Source: Thermoanaerobaculia bacterium
GTDB taxonomy: Bacteria; Acidobacteriota; Thermoanaerobaculia; UBA5066; DATFVB01
Length of the DNA: 64,000 nucleotides
Assembly (NCBI GenBank): GCA_035717485.1
Contig: DASTIQ010000315.1
Location: 471-64,470 of the forward strand
Direction of reading: 5' to 3'
The notes beneath the pieces are model-generated. The model did no database searches. It was given only the letters and a program-made list of their open reading frames with translations, and had not been told where the DNA came from. Position 1 is the stretch's first letter; each line of letters starts with the position of its first letter. Below are positions 27,704 through 35,469 of this stretch, one piece after another. The translations under genes were made by a program, and so were the position numbers.

Positions 27704-27795
27704 GGCAAGCCTCCTTCTGTCGGCCTGACGCGTTCACGATCGCACGGGCGCGCCTCGGAATCCATCCTCCAAACGCTTCAATCTATGATCGGAAG

Positions 27796-28692
27796 ATGAC
27801 GACGAAACCCGCCTGGCCGGAGCTCCCCCTCGACGAGTGGCGCGAAACGAACGAAACGCTCCATCGCTGGACGCAGATCGTCGGCAAGGTCGCCCTCGCG
27901 CTGACGCCGCGGGTGAACCACTGGTGGAACGTTTCTTTCGCGGTGACGGCGCGCGGCCTCGCGACCTCCCTCCTTCCGTTCGGGACCGGGGCGCTCGACA
28001 TGGAATTCGACTTCGTCGAGCACGTCCTGCGCCTGCGCACGACGGATGGGCGGACGGCGACGATCGCCCTCGCGCCGAAGAGCGTCGCGCGCATGCGCTC
28101 CGAGATCTTCGGCGAGCTCGAGGCGCTCGGCGTTCCCGCGCGGATCTGGAACGTGCCCGTCGAGATCGAGGACCCGATCCCGTTCGATCGGGACGAGACG
28201 CACCGCTCGTACGAACGCGAGCCGGTCGAACGGTTCTGGCGCATCCTCGCCGGGACTCACGCCGTGTTCACCGAGTTCCGAGCGGGGTTCCTGGGGAAGT
28301 GCAGCCCGGTCCAGTTCTTCTGGGGCACCTTCGATCTCGCCGTGACCCGCTTCTCCGGACGCGTCGCGCCGCCGCGGCCGGACGCCGACGCGATCACCCG
28401 GGAGGCGTACTCCCACGAGGTTTCGAGCGTCGGCTTCTGGCCGGGGGATTCCCGCCTGCCGCTCCCGGCCTTCTACAGCTACGCGGCTCCGGAGCCGCCG
28501 GGGTTCCGCGACTCCCGCGTCCGGCCGGACCCCGCCTACTACCATCCGCAGCTCGGCGGGTTCTACCTGCACTACGACGAAGTCCGCCGAAGCGGCGAAC
28601 CGGAGCGTCGGCTCCTCGATTTCTGCCGCGCGACGTACGAAGCGGCCGCCGACGCGGGAGCGTGGGACCGGGCGAACCTCGAAAGAAGATGA
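27796..28692 (+). CDS. DUF5996 family protein
   Basis: 298 aa. The N-terminal WPELPLDEWRETNETLHRWTQIVGKVALALTPRVNHWWN matches the conserved DUF5996 start. Confidence 0.55.
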   Translation: MTTKPAWPELPLDEWRETNETLHRWTQIVGKVALALTPRVNHWWNVSFAVTARGLATSLLPFGTGALDMEFDFVEHVLRLRTTDGRTATIALAPKSVARMRSEIFGELEALGVPARIWNVPVEIEDPIPFDRDETHRSYEREPVERFWRILAGTHAVFTEFRAGFLGKCSPVQFFWGTFDLAVTRFSGRVAPPRPDADAITREAYSHEVSSVGFWPGDSRLPLPAFYSYAAPEPPGFRDSRVRPDPAYYHPQLGGFYLHYDEVRRSGEPERRLLDFCRATYEAAADAGAWDRANLERR

Positions 28693-28807
28693 CCTCCGCG
28701 CGAGGGTTCGCCGCACTCGTTTCCCCGACGCTGCGCGAGCGCCGATAGGGGCGCTCCGGAATTCCGGCGGCCATCGCCCGCGGCATATCATCGGATCCGG
28801 AGGCACG

Positions 28808-30076
28808 ATGGCGGAAGAAAGGCTCGGGATCCTGGTGGGAGGCGGACCGGCGCCCGGAATCAACAGCGTCATCTCGTCCGCGACCATTCGCGCCGCGCTC
28901 CAGGGTGTCGAGGTCGTCGGGATCCGGAACGGATTCGAAGGAATCATGCGCGGAAACGTCGACGACGCCCGGCCTCTCACGATCGGAGAAATCAGCCGGA
29001 TCCATTTCCGGGGCGGGTCGCACCTCGGAATCTCCCGCGCGAATCCGAGCCGCGATCCCGCTCTCCTGGAAACCGCGGTGGGGTCCCTCCAGCGCCTCGG
29101 GATCACGCGCCTCGTCACGATCGGCGGCGACGACACGGCCTTCTCCGCGATGAAGCTGGAGGAGAAGGCCGGGGGCCGCCTCCGCGTCGTTCACGTCCCG
29201 AAGACCATCGACAACGACCTCGATCTCCCGCCGCACGTCGATACCTTCGGATTCCAGACCGCACGCCACTACGGCGCGGAGATCGTCGAGAGTCTGATGG
29301 TCGACGCTCGAACCACCGCCCACTGGTATTTCGTGGTCGCGATGGGGCGAAAGGCCGGCCACCTCGCTCTCGGGATCGGAAAGGCGGCCGGGGCGACCCT
29401 GACGCTCATCCCGGAGGAGTTCACCGCGGGCCCCCCGACGTTCGGCGAGGTCGTGGACACGCTCGTGGGCTCGATCGTCAAGCGCCTGAGCCACGGGCGC
29501 CGCGACGGCGTCGCGGTGATCGCGGAAGGCCTCGTTCTCTCTCTCGCGCCCGGAGAGATCGCCGCGCTCCACGACGTCGAGCGCGACGCGCACGGCAACG
29601 TGCGAATCGCCGAAATCAACTTCGGCGAGATCGTCAAGCACGCCGTCGGCGAGCGGCTGAAGGAGCTCGGGCTGGCGGCGACGATCGTCGCCAAGAACCT
29701 CGGATACGAGCTGCGCTGCGTGGATCCGATTCCGTTCGACCTCGAGTACACGCGGGACCTCGGCTACTGCGCCGCGAAATTCGTGCTCGAGGGAGGGACC
29801 GCCGCGATGGTATCGATGCAGAACGGACGCTTCGTGCCGGTACCGTTCTCGCAGCTCCTCGACCCGGCGACGGGACGGGCGAAGGTCCGCATGGTCGACG
29901 TCCGTTCGACGGGGTACGGCATCGCGCGCCGCTACATGATCCGGCTCCGGCGGGACGATTTCGAGAAGCCCGACGAGATCGCCCGGCTCGCCGCGGCCGC
30001 GAAGCTCCCGGTGGCCGAATTCCGGCGGCGCTTCGAGCCTCTCGTCGCCCACGAGCCTCCGTCGATCGCGCTCTGA
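28808..30076 (+). CDS. pfk: 6-phosphofructokinase (ATP- or PPi-dependent PFK)
   Basis: GGGPAPGINS, GGDDT, PKTIDND and MGRKAGHLA motifs of the PFK A family. 422 aa. Confidence 0.85.
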   Translation: MAEERLGILVGGGPAPGINSVISSATIRAALQGVEVVGIRNGFEGIMRGNVDDARPLTIGEISRIHFRGGSHLGISRANPSRDPALLETAVGSLQRLGITRLVTIGGDDTAFSAMKLEEKAGGRLRVVHVPKTIDNDLDLPPHVDTFGFQTARHYGAEIVESLMVDARTTAHWYFVVAMGRKAGHLALGIGKAAGATLTLIPEEFTAGPPTFGEVVDTLVGSIVKRLSHGRRDGVAVIAEGLVLSLAPGEIAALHDVERDAHGNVRIAEINFGEIVKHAVGERLKELGLAATIVAKNLGYELRCVDPIPFDLEYTRDLGYCAAKFVLEGGTAAMVSMQNGRFVPVPFSQLLDPATGRAKVRMVDVRSTGYGIARRYMIRLRRDDFEKPDEIARLAAAAKLPVAEFRRRFEPLVAHEPPSIAL

Positions 30077-30082
30077 CCGGCG

Positions 30083-31177
30083 CTATCCGGGGCCCGGCAC
30101 CCGCATCATCCGAAGCGGCCGGCGGCCCTCCCGGCGGAACTTCGGGAAGGCGAGGGCCCGGATCGCGCGACGGGAGTCGCGCGGGATCGTGAGGTACGCG
30201 GTTCCCCATTTGAGCGCCACCCAGAGCTCGTCGGGAAACGGGAGCTTCCCGTGGCCGGCCGGAAGAACGCGTTCGGTGAGCTCCCGCTCGAGCCGGCGCT
30301 TCTCGGAGGGCGGGAGCGCCTCACCGCGGGCGTTCGCCGCGAGCCGCTCCGCGACCGCCGCTTCGATCCTCGCCCGTTTCCGGCGGCCGGCCGTGAAGAC
30401 CGGCGGGTCGAGCGCTTCGTCCCAGCCGGGTTCGACGAAGCGGCACACGTCGACCTCGCGGCGCCGGACGAGGAGTCCCGTCGCCGCGCTCCGGCCGAAC
30501 ACCGGGTCGTTCCCCTCGAACCAGCTCGACGCGAGACGATAGCCGGCGGTCGTCGCTTCGGCATCCGCGCGGCTCACGACGCCCGTCGACCGCGCGCCCA
30601 TGAGACCGCGTTCGTCGGCCATCGCGTCCCGGAACGCGTCCTCGGCGTTTCGGATCGGCGACCCGCGTTGTCGCCCCGCGTTCCAGGCGAAGAAGCCGTT
30701 GGAGAAGAGATGGGTGAGCTTGTCGGTGCCGATCCGGACGCCGCAGAGTCGGAAGGTCGGCGCGAGAGACCGCATCGCGAGCCGGTCGTAGCGGCTCTCG
30801 TCGTAGATGCTCTCCCGGCCGAGGAGGACGATCCTCTCGAACCGCGGCCAACCCGGGCAGTCGTTCCGTTCGACGCAGGCTCCGAACGACGGAAGGAGGC
30901 GGTCGTCGAACTTGCGGAGGACCTCCGCGCGGTACTCCTGAACGAACGCGAGCTCGACCGTGACGTCGTCGTCGCGGAGGGGATCTCCCCCGGCTGCCAG
31001 GCGGGCGTTCGCGCGCGCGGCGATCCGGGCGAGCGCCGCGTTCACGATCCCGTTCAGCTTTCCCGCGGACTCCTCCAGAGGAACGTACCGGTACGTCAGG
31101 TTGTCGGTCTCGGCGGCCGCCGCGATTCCGGGCAGGAGCGCGACCAGGAGGGCCGCCGGGATGCCGACGGCGCGCCA
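30083..31177 (-). CDS. Hypothetical secreted protein (start uncertain; apparent 1-nt frameshift at the signal peptide)
   Basis: About 360-aa non-repetitive protein (AETDNLTYRYVPLEES...). The hydrophobic signal core VGIPAALLVALLPGIAAAAE has no in-frame start. ATG GCG CGC lies 1 nt out of frame. Confidence 0.45.
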   Translation of the reverse strand, partial: WRAVGIPAALLVALLPGIAAAAETDNLTYRYVPLEESAGKLNGIVNAALARIAARANARLAAGGDPLRDDDVTVELAFVQEYRAEVLRKFDDRLLPSFGACVERNDCPGWPRFERIVLLGRESIYDESRYDRLAMRSLAPTFRLCGVRIGTDKLTHLFSNGFFAWNAGRQRGSPIRNAEDAFRDAMADERGLMGARSTGVVSRADAEATTAGYRLASSWFEGNDPVFGRSAATGLLVRRREVDVCRFVEPGWDEALDPPVFTAGRRKRARIEAAVAERLAANARGEALPPSEKRRLERELTERVLPAGHGKLPFPDELWVALKWGTAYLTIPRDSRRAIRALAFPKFRREGRRPLRMMRVPGPG

Positions 31178-31347
31178 TGACCCATGGATCTTCCACCCCC
31201 GCCGATTCGACGTGGCCGCCTCCCGTCGCCGGCGCCCGCTCACGGTCTCCGACGTCGAAGTCGTGCGGCGTCGCGCTCGGGGTTTCGGGATTGCAGGAAC
31301 CGGGCCGGGTTCCCGGGAGCCACCGCCGGGTGCCGAGCTCCGGGAGT

Positions 31348-32208
31348 TCAGCGCCGCCCGAGCAGGACGACCCCGCCCATGCGCCTCATTTCCTCGCGCC
31401 GGGCGGGCGAGCTGATGCGGGAGAAGAGCCGGTAGAGCCAGGCCATCTTCGGTTTGCGGTCGAGCCGAATCCCCTCCTCGATCGTGGAGCGGAACTCGAG
31501 CTCGTTCCATCCGTGGGGCTCGAAGAACCTCGTCCCTTCGGCCGGCGCGAAACGGAACGGTGCGTTGGCGGCGCCGACGTGCCTGCCGACCCTCCGGTCG
31601 AGCATTTTCTTGAGGCGCGGAGAGGCGAGGTCGATGAGCCAGAGGCGCATCGCCGGCTCGGCATGGAGGTCGTCGGAGAGAGAGGCCACCTGCTCCGGCG
31701 CGAGGTACGCGAGGAGACCTTCGGTCACGACGAGGACCGCCGCGGCGCCGTCCGCCGCGCGGGAGAAGAGCCGGCGTCGGGCATCGGGGTCGGACAGGTC
31801 GGCCGCCACCCGCTCGAGCGCGCAGACCGGCTCCTCGCCGGCGAGTTTCTCCTCCTTGTAGGCGATCATCGGCGGAAGATCGGCCTCGATCCAGCGAAGG
31901 GACCTCGGCAGCGGCAGCCGGTACGGACGGGCGTCGAGGCCGGCGGCGAGGTTGAGGACGCAATCCACGCCCTCCCGGGCGATCGACCCGAGGATGATCT
32001 CGTCCATCACCGCGGTGCGCACGATCATCGGCCAGGCGAGATCGCCGACCTTCATCCGGCGGACGATCTCTTCCCCGCGATCCGCGACGAGCGTCTTCGC
32101 GAGCGGATCCCGGAAGATCGCGTCCGGGCGCGCGCTCTCCATCACGCGGTACTGGGCGACCCAGAGCGCGGTGTCGGAGACGTTCTTCAGCGTCGGCTCG
32201 TCGGGCAT
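31348..32208 (-). CDS. Class I SAM-dependent methyltransferase (Ppm1/LCMT-like O-methyltransferase family)
   Basis: 286 aa. Motif I VLNLAAGLDARPYRL. Resembles mycobacterial Omt-type / leucine carboxyl methyltransferase-like proteins. Confidence 0.65.
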   Translation of the reverse strand: MPDEPTLKNVSDTALWVAQYRVMESARPDAIFRDPLAKTLVADRGEEIVRRMKVGDLAWPMIVRTAVMDEIILGSIAREGVDCVLNLAAGLDARPYRLPLPRSLRWIEADLPPMIAYKEEKLAGEEPVCALERVAADLSDPDARRRLFSRAADGAAAVLVVTEGLLAYLAPEQVASLSDDLHAEPAMRLWLIDLASPRLKKMLDRRVGRHVGAANAPFRFAPAEGTRFFEPHGWNELEFRSTIEEGIRLDRKPKMAWLYRLFSRISSPARREEMRRMGGVVLLGRR

Positions 32209-32497
32209 GCGTGAATGATACGGGAGGCCACATGGGATTCACCGTAAGGTCCCGGATTCGTCACGAGTGAGAACCGCGTGCCGCCTGGAACGAGGACCCG
32301 TTCCGTCGAACGACCTCCACCCGATCGTGCCCGGGGGCTATCGCATCGCGGAGAGCTTTCGCCGAAGTAACCGGGGCGAAAGCTCCGCGATGCGGGAGCG
32401 GCGGCGAAGGGGGTGGCGGCGGCGCGGTCGAGTCGCTCGTTCGACGAGCCGTGCCGCCGTTACACGCTACCGGTCCCCGAGCCCGCTCCCGCGACGG

Positions 32498-34447
32498 TCA
32501 GTTGTGCCAGCGGATGTAGACGCCGTACCGATTCGCGTCGTAGTTCGCGAGCGATCCGGCGAGCGTCGCCTTTTCCTCGTACTTGTCCCGGTTCCACTCC
32601 CCGATGAGCGAAAAATTCTTCGCCACGTCGACGGCGGCGCGAACGGCCGCGCGATCGATCGTGAAGGGGAAAGAACCCTCGTTCTCGAAGCGGCCGACGG
32701 CGCCATCGATCGACACCGGCGCGAAGATCAGGGTCAGCCCGCCGTCGAACGACCGGCCGTTCTCGCGGTGGAACGACGTGTCGATCGAGAAGTCCTCGGG
32801 ATGCCGGAAGAGGATCCGGCTGTCGGATTCGTACTTCTCGGCGGAAACTCGCAGGCGCAGGAACTTCGCCGGAGAGCCCTCCGCCTCGCCGCCGTACTGG
32901 CGGATCCTGGCGTCGTATCCGATCCCCGTGCGGTCGTTCGAGGCATCGATCTGCTCGCCGGTCAGGCTCAGGCGGAAGACGTCCTTGAGCGCCCAGGCGG
33001 CGCGGAGACGGTATCGGTCACGGTCCAGGAAGTCGGTGCGGACGACGGGATCGTCGGCACGGTCGCGACGCCAGTCGGCGCCGAGAGTCAGGCCGCTCGC
33101 GGTGAATTTCGCCCCGAGATCGAATCCGTTGATCCGCCGGTCGAAGGAACCGTCCTGCGCGCCGGGAACGACGATCTCTTCCGGCCCTTCGACGACGGTC
33201 ACGCGCTGCTTGTTCTGGGAGCCGCCGGCGAAGACCGAGAGCCCTCCGAACGCCCGCGCATCGACCCGCGCGTCGAAGATCTCGTCCGTGCGCTCGACCG
33301 AGGTCTTCGCCTCGATCGTCTGGAGGAGATCGCGCGGATCGAGACCCGCAAACGTCACCGTCTGGAGATACAGATCCGAAATCAGCGCGAATCCGTCGAG
33401 CTCCTGGTGATTCTTCGACCAACCCGCGGAGAGGTCGATCCCGTCGGCGAGATTCGCCTCGACGCGGCCGCTCCCCCGCCATGCCGTGTTCTCGGCGCGC
33501 GAGGAGATCGTGTCGGTCAGGCCGGCGAAGATCCGGCTGATCCCGAAGGAGACGAGGTTCCCCGCGAAGTCCTCGCGCTCCGTGACGTCGGCTTCCGCGG
33601 CCGCGCGCACGTACGAGCCGATGAGCTTCACGCGACTGCCCAGGCGCGCCGCGACGGCGGCGTTCGTGATCGGCGTGTTCGCGTCGTTCTTGGTCGTGCG
33701 ATGGAAGTTGTCGAGCGACACGGGAACGCCCAGCACCGTTCCGGAGCCGTTGCCGGCCCCCGCTCCCGGCACGAGGTCCTGGGTCTCGACCTCGTGGAGC
33801 TTTCGCCAGCCCTGGGTGACCTGGCCGGTGACGGGACCCGCGTCGAATGCGGCGCCCCCGTAGATCTCCTGATCGTCCTCGTCGAGGTTCTGGGTGAGCC
33901 GGAACTCGTCGCCGCCGGCGGAGTACGTCGTCCGGCCGGGCCCCTCGTAACGGTTGTAGACGTAGCCGACGATCGGCGTGATCCAGTAGCCGGGAAGGAA
34001 GCGCAGCTCGACTCCCAGGATGTTCCGGGTGCGGTCGTACGTGTGCTCGCCGGGAGTGATCCCTTCGGAGATCAGCGGGTTGGCGAACGCCGGAAGCGCG
34101 GAGAACATCTCCGTCCGCCGGTAGTTGAGCCGCAGGTCGTACTTGCCGGCGAGGCCCGCCTGCAGGCGGAACGATCCCGCCGGTCCGGCGCCCAGGTCGT
34201 TCGCGTCGAGGCGGAACTGGTCGAAGAGTCCCGCGCCCGCGGGACCGCCGGCGGACAGGCTCAGGGCGCGGAGGAGGAAACCCTCGCGCTCGTTGATCTG
34301 GCTCCGGTACATGTCTTCGTTCCCGCTGACGTCGAGGAACCGGTATCCGAGCTCGACGTCCACCGGGACGGCGGGGGGATCGGCCGCCAGGACGGCGCTC
34401 GAAGCGCCGGCGGCGATCAGGGCGATGACGAGGCGGAGCTTCTTCAT
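32498..34447 (-). CDS. Outer-membrane beta-barrel porin, MtrB/PioB/MtoB-like
   Basis: Signal peptide MKKLRLVIALIAAGASSAVLAA. 649 aa with alternating beta-strand pattern, rich in Gly/Asp/Arg/aromatic residues. Immediately downstream of the decahaem gene with an 11-nt gap. Confidence 0.6.
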   Translation of the reverse strand: MKKLRLVIALIAAGASSAVLAADPPAVPVDVELGYRFLDVSGNEDMYRSQINEREGFLLRALSLSAGGPAGAGLFDQFRLDANDLGAGPAGSFRLQAGLAGKYDLRLNYRRTEMFSALPAFANPLISEGITPGEHTYDRTRNILGVELRFLPGYWITPIVGYVYNRYEGPGRTTYSAGGDEFRLTQNLDEDDQEIYGGAAFDAGPVTGQVTQGWRKLHEVETQDLVPGAGAGNGSGTVLGVPVSLDNFHRTTKNDANTPITNAAVAARLGSRVKLIGSYVRAAAEADVTEREDFAGNLVSFGISRIFAGLTDTISSRAENTAWRGSGRVEANLADGIDLSAGWSKNHQELDGFALISDLYLQTVTFAGLDPRDLLQTIEAKTSVERTDEIFDARVDARAFGGLSVFAGGSQNKQRVTVVEGPEEIVVPGAQDGSFDRRINGFDLGAKFTASGLTLGADWRRDRADDPVVRTDFLDRDRYRLRAAWALKDVFRLSLTGEQIDASNDRTGIGYDARIRQYGGEAEGSPAKFLRLRVSAEKYESDSRILFRHPEDFSIDTSFHRENGRSFDGGLTLIFAPVSIDGAVGRFENEGSFPFTIDRAAVRAAVDVAKNFSLIGEWNRDKYEEKATLAGSLANYDANRYGVYIRWHN

Positions 34448-34457
34448 CGCGTCCTCC

Positions 34458-35369
34458 CTACTTCAAAAGCGTCGGCGAACGGTTCGAACCGTGGATCGCC
34501 GTGTGACAGACCGTGCAGTTCTGGTATCGCGGCAGGAGGATGTTGTGAAAGGAAGGCGGCTGCGAGCCGAGGGTTCCCGCGGCGATCGGCGAGTGGCATT
34601 CGAGGCAGAGCTGGGAGACCTGGGCGCGCTTGAGCTGCTTCGGATTCGACGAGCCGTGCGCCTCGTGGCAGCTCAGGCAGTTGCCGGCGACCCCGGACAC
34701 GTGCTCGAAGACGAAGGGCCCCTTCTTCTCGGCGTGACAGGAGAGACACGGGAGCTCGTCGGCCCGGGTGAATCGCAGCGCGGAGTCGCGCGGGAGCCCG
34801 TGCGGATCGTGGCAGGAAGCGCAGTCCATCCCTGCCTGGAGCCGGTGCGCGAACGGCTTGTCGCGGAATCCCGCCGCCTTCCCGGGATGGCACGACTCGC
34901 AGAGCGCGACCGAATCCATCACGAGGAGATGCGGCCGCGCCGGGGCGGCGTGGATCGAGTGGCAGCTCAGGCAGTTGACCGTCGCCGAGTTGCCGTGGAC
35001 GCCGTTCCGGAACGAGGCGTGATCGGAAGGATGGTCGTGACAGGTCAGGCAGAACTCGGCGCCGGTCCGGCCGTGCAGCTTGCGCTCGACCGGCTTCTCC
35101 CCGGAGGACTCGACGTGCGCCGACGTGTCGCCGTGGCAGCTCGAGCAGACCGCATCCCCCGACACGCGAGCGCGACCCGCCAGGAATGGAATCCGTGCGT
35201 GGGGATTGCGGGAGAAGTCCTTCGCCTGATCGTGGCAGTCCGCGCACGCGGCGACGGCGCTCTTTTCGGAAGGGGGCGCCGCGGGCGGGGAAGCCTGCGC
35301 GGCGGCGAGGGCGGCCGCGCCGAAGATGACCGCGGCCATCGCCGCGCGAAGTCCGAGCGTGATCTTCAT
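34458..35369 (-). CDS. Periplasmic decahaem c-type cytochrome, MtrA/MtoA/PioA-like
   Basis: 303 aa, signal peptide, exactly 10 CxxCH motifs. Same size and haem density as MtrA. Confidence 0.8.
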   Translation of the reverse strand: MKITLGLRAAMAAVIFGAAALAAAQASPPAAPPSEKSAVAACADCHDQAKDFSRNPHARIPFLAGRARVSGDAVCSSCHGDTSAHVESSGEKPVERKLHGRTGAEFCLTCHDHPSDHASFRNGVHGNSATVNCLSCHSIHAAPARPHLLVMDSVALCESCHPGKAAGFRDKPFAHRLQAGMDCASCHDPHGLPRDSALRFTRADELPCLSCHAEKKGPFVFEHVSGVAGNCLSCHEAHGSSNPKQLKRAQVSQLCLECHSPIAAGTLGSQPPSFHNILLPRYQNCTVCHTAIHGSNRSPTLLK

Positions 35370-35469
35370 TTCGCCGCGCCTCCTCGCACTCCTCCGGCCC
35401 TGCGGTTCTCCGCCGGCCGGATTTCCCCCGGTCCGCCGTCAATCGGCGGACCGAAGGAACGGACCCGCG

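Noticed and set aside
27151-27728. ORFs 27151..27612 and 27312..27728 containing a duplicated 40-aa peptide
   Set aside because: The duplication comes from the 124-bp DNA repeat, whose 176-bp period is not a multiple of 3. The repeat sits in different frames in each ORF. There is no Shine-Dalgarno and the translation is Arg-rich.
30083-32242. 719-aa ORF 30083..32242 as a single gene
   Set aside because: Its upstream two-thirds runs antisense or out of frame through the methyltransferase gene and is Arg/Gly-rich. Only the 3' 360 aa (signal peptide onward) look real.
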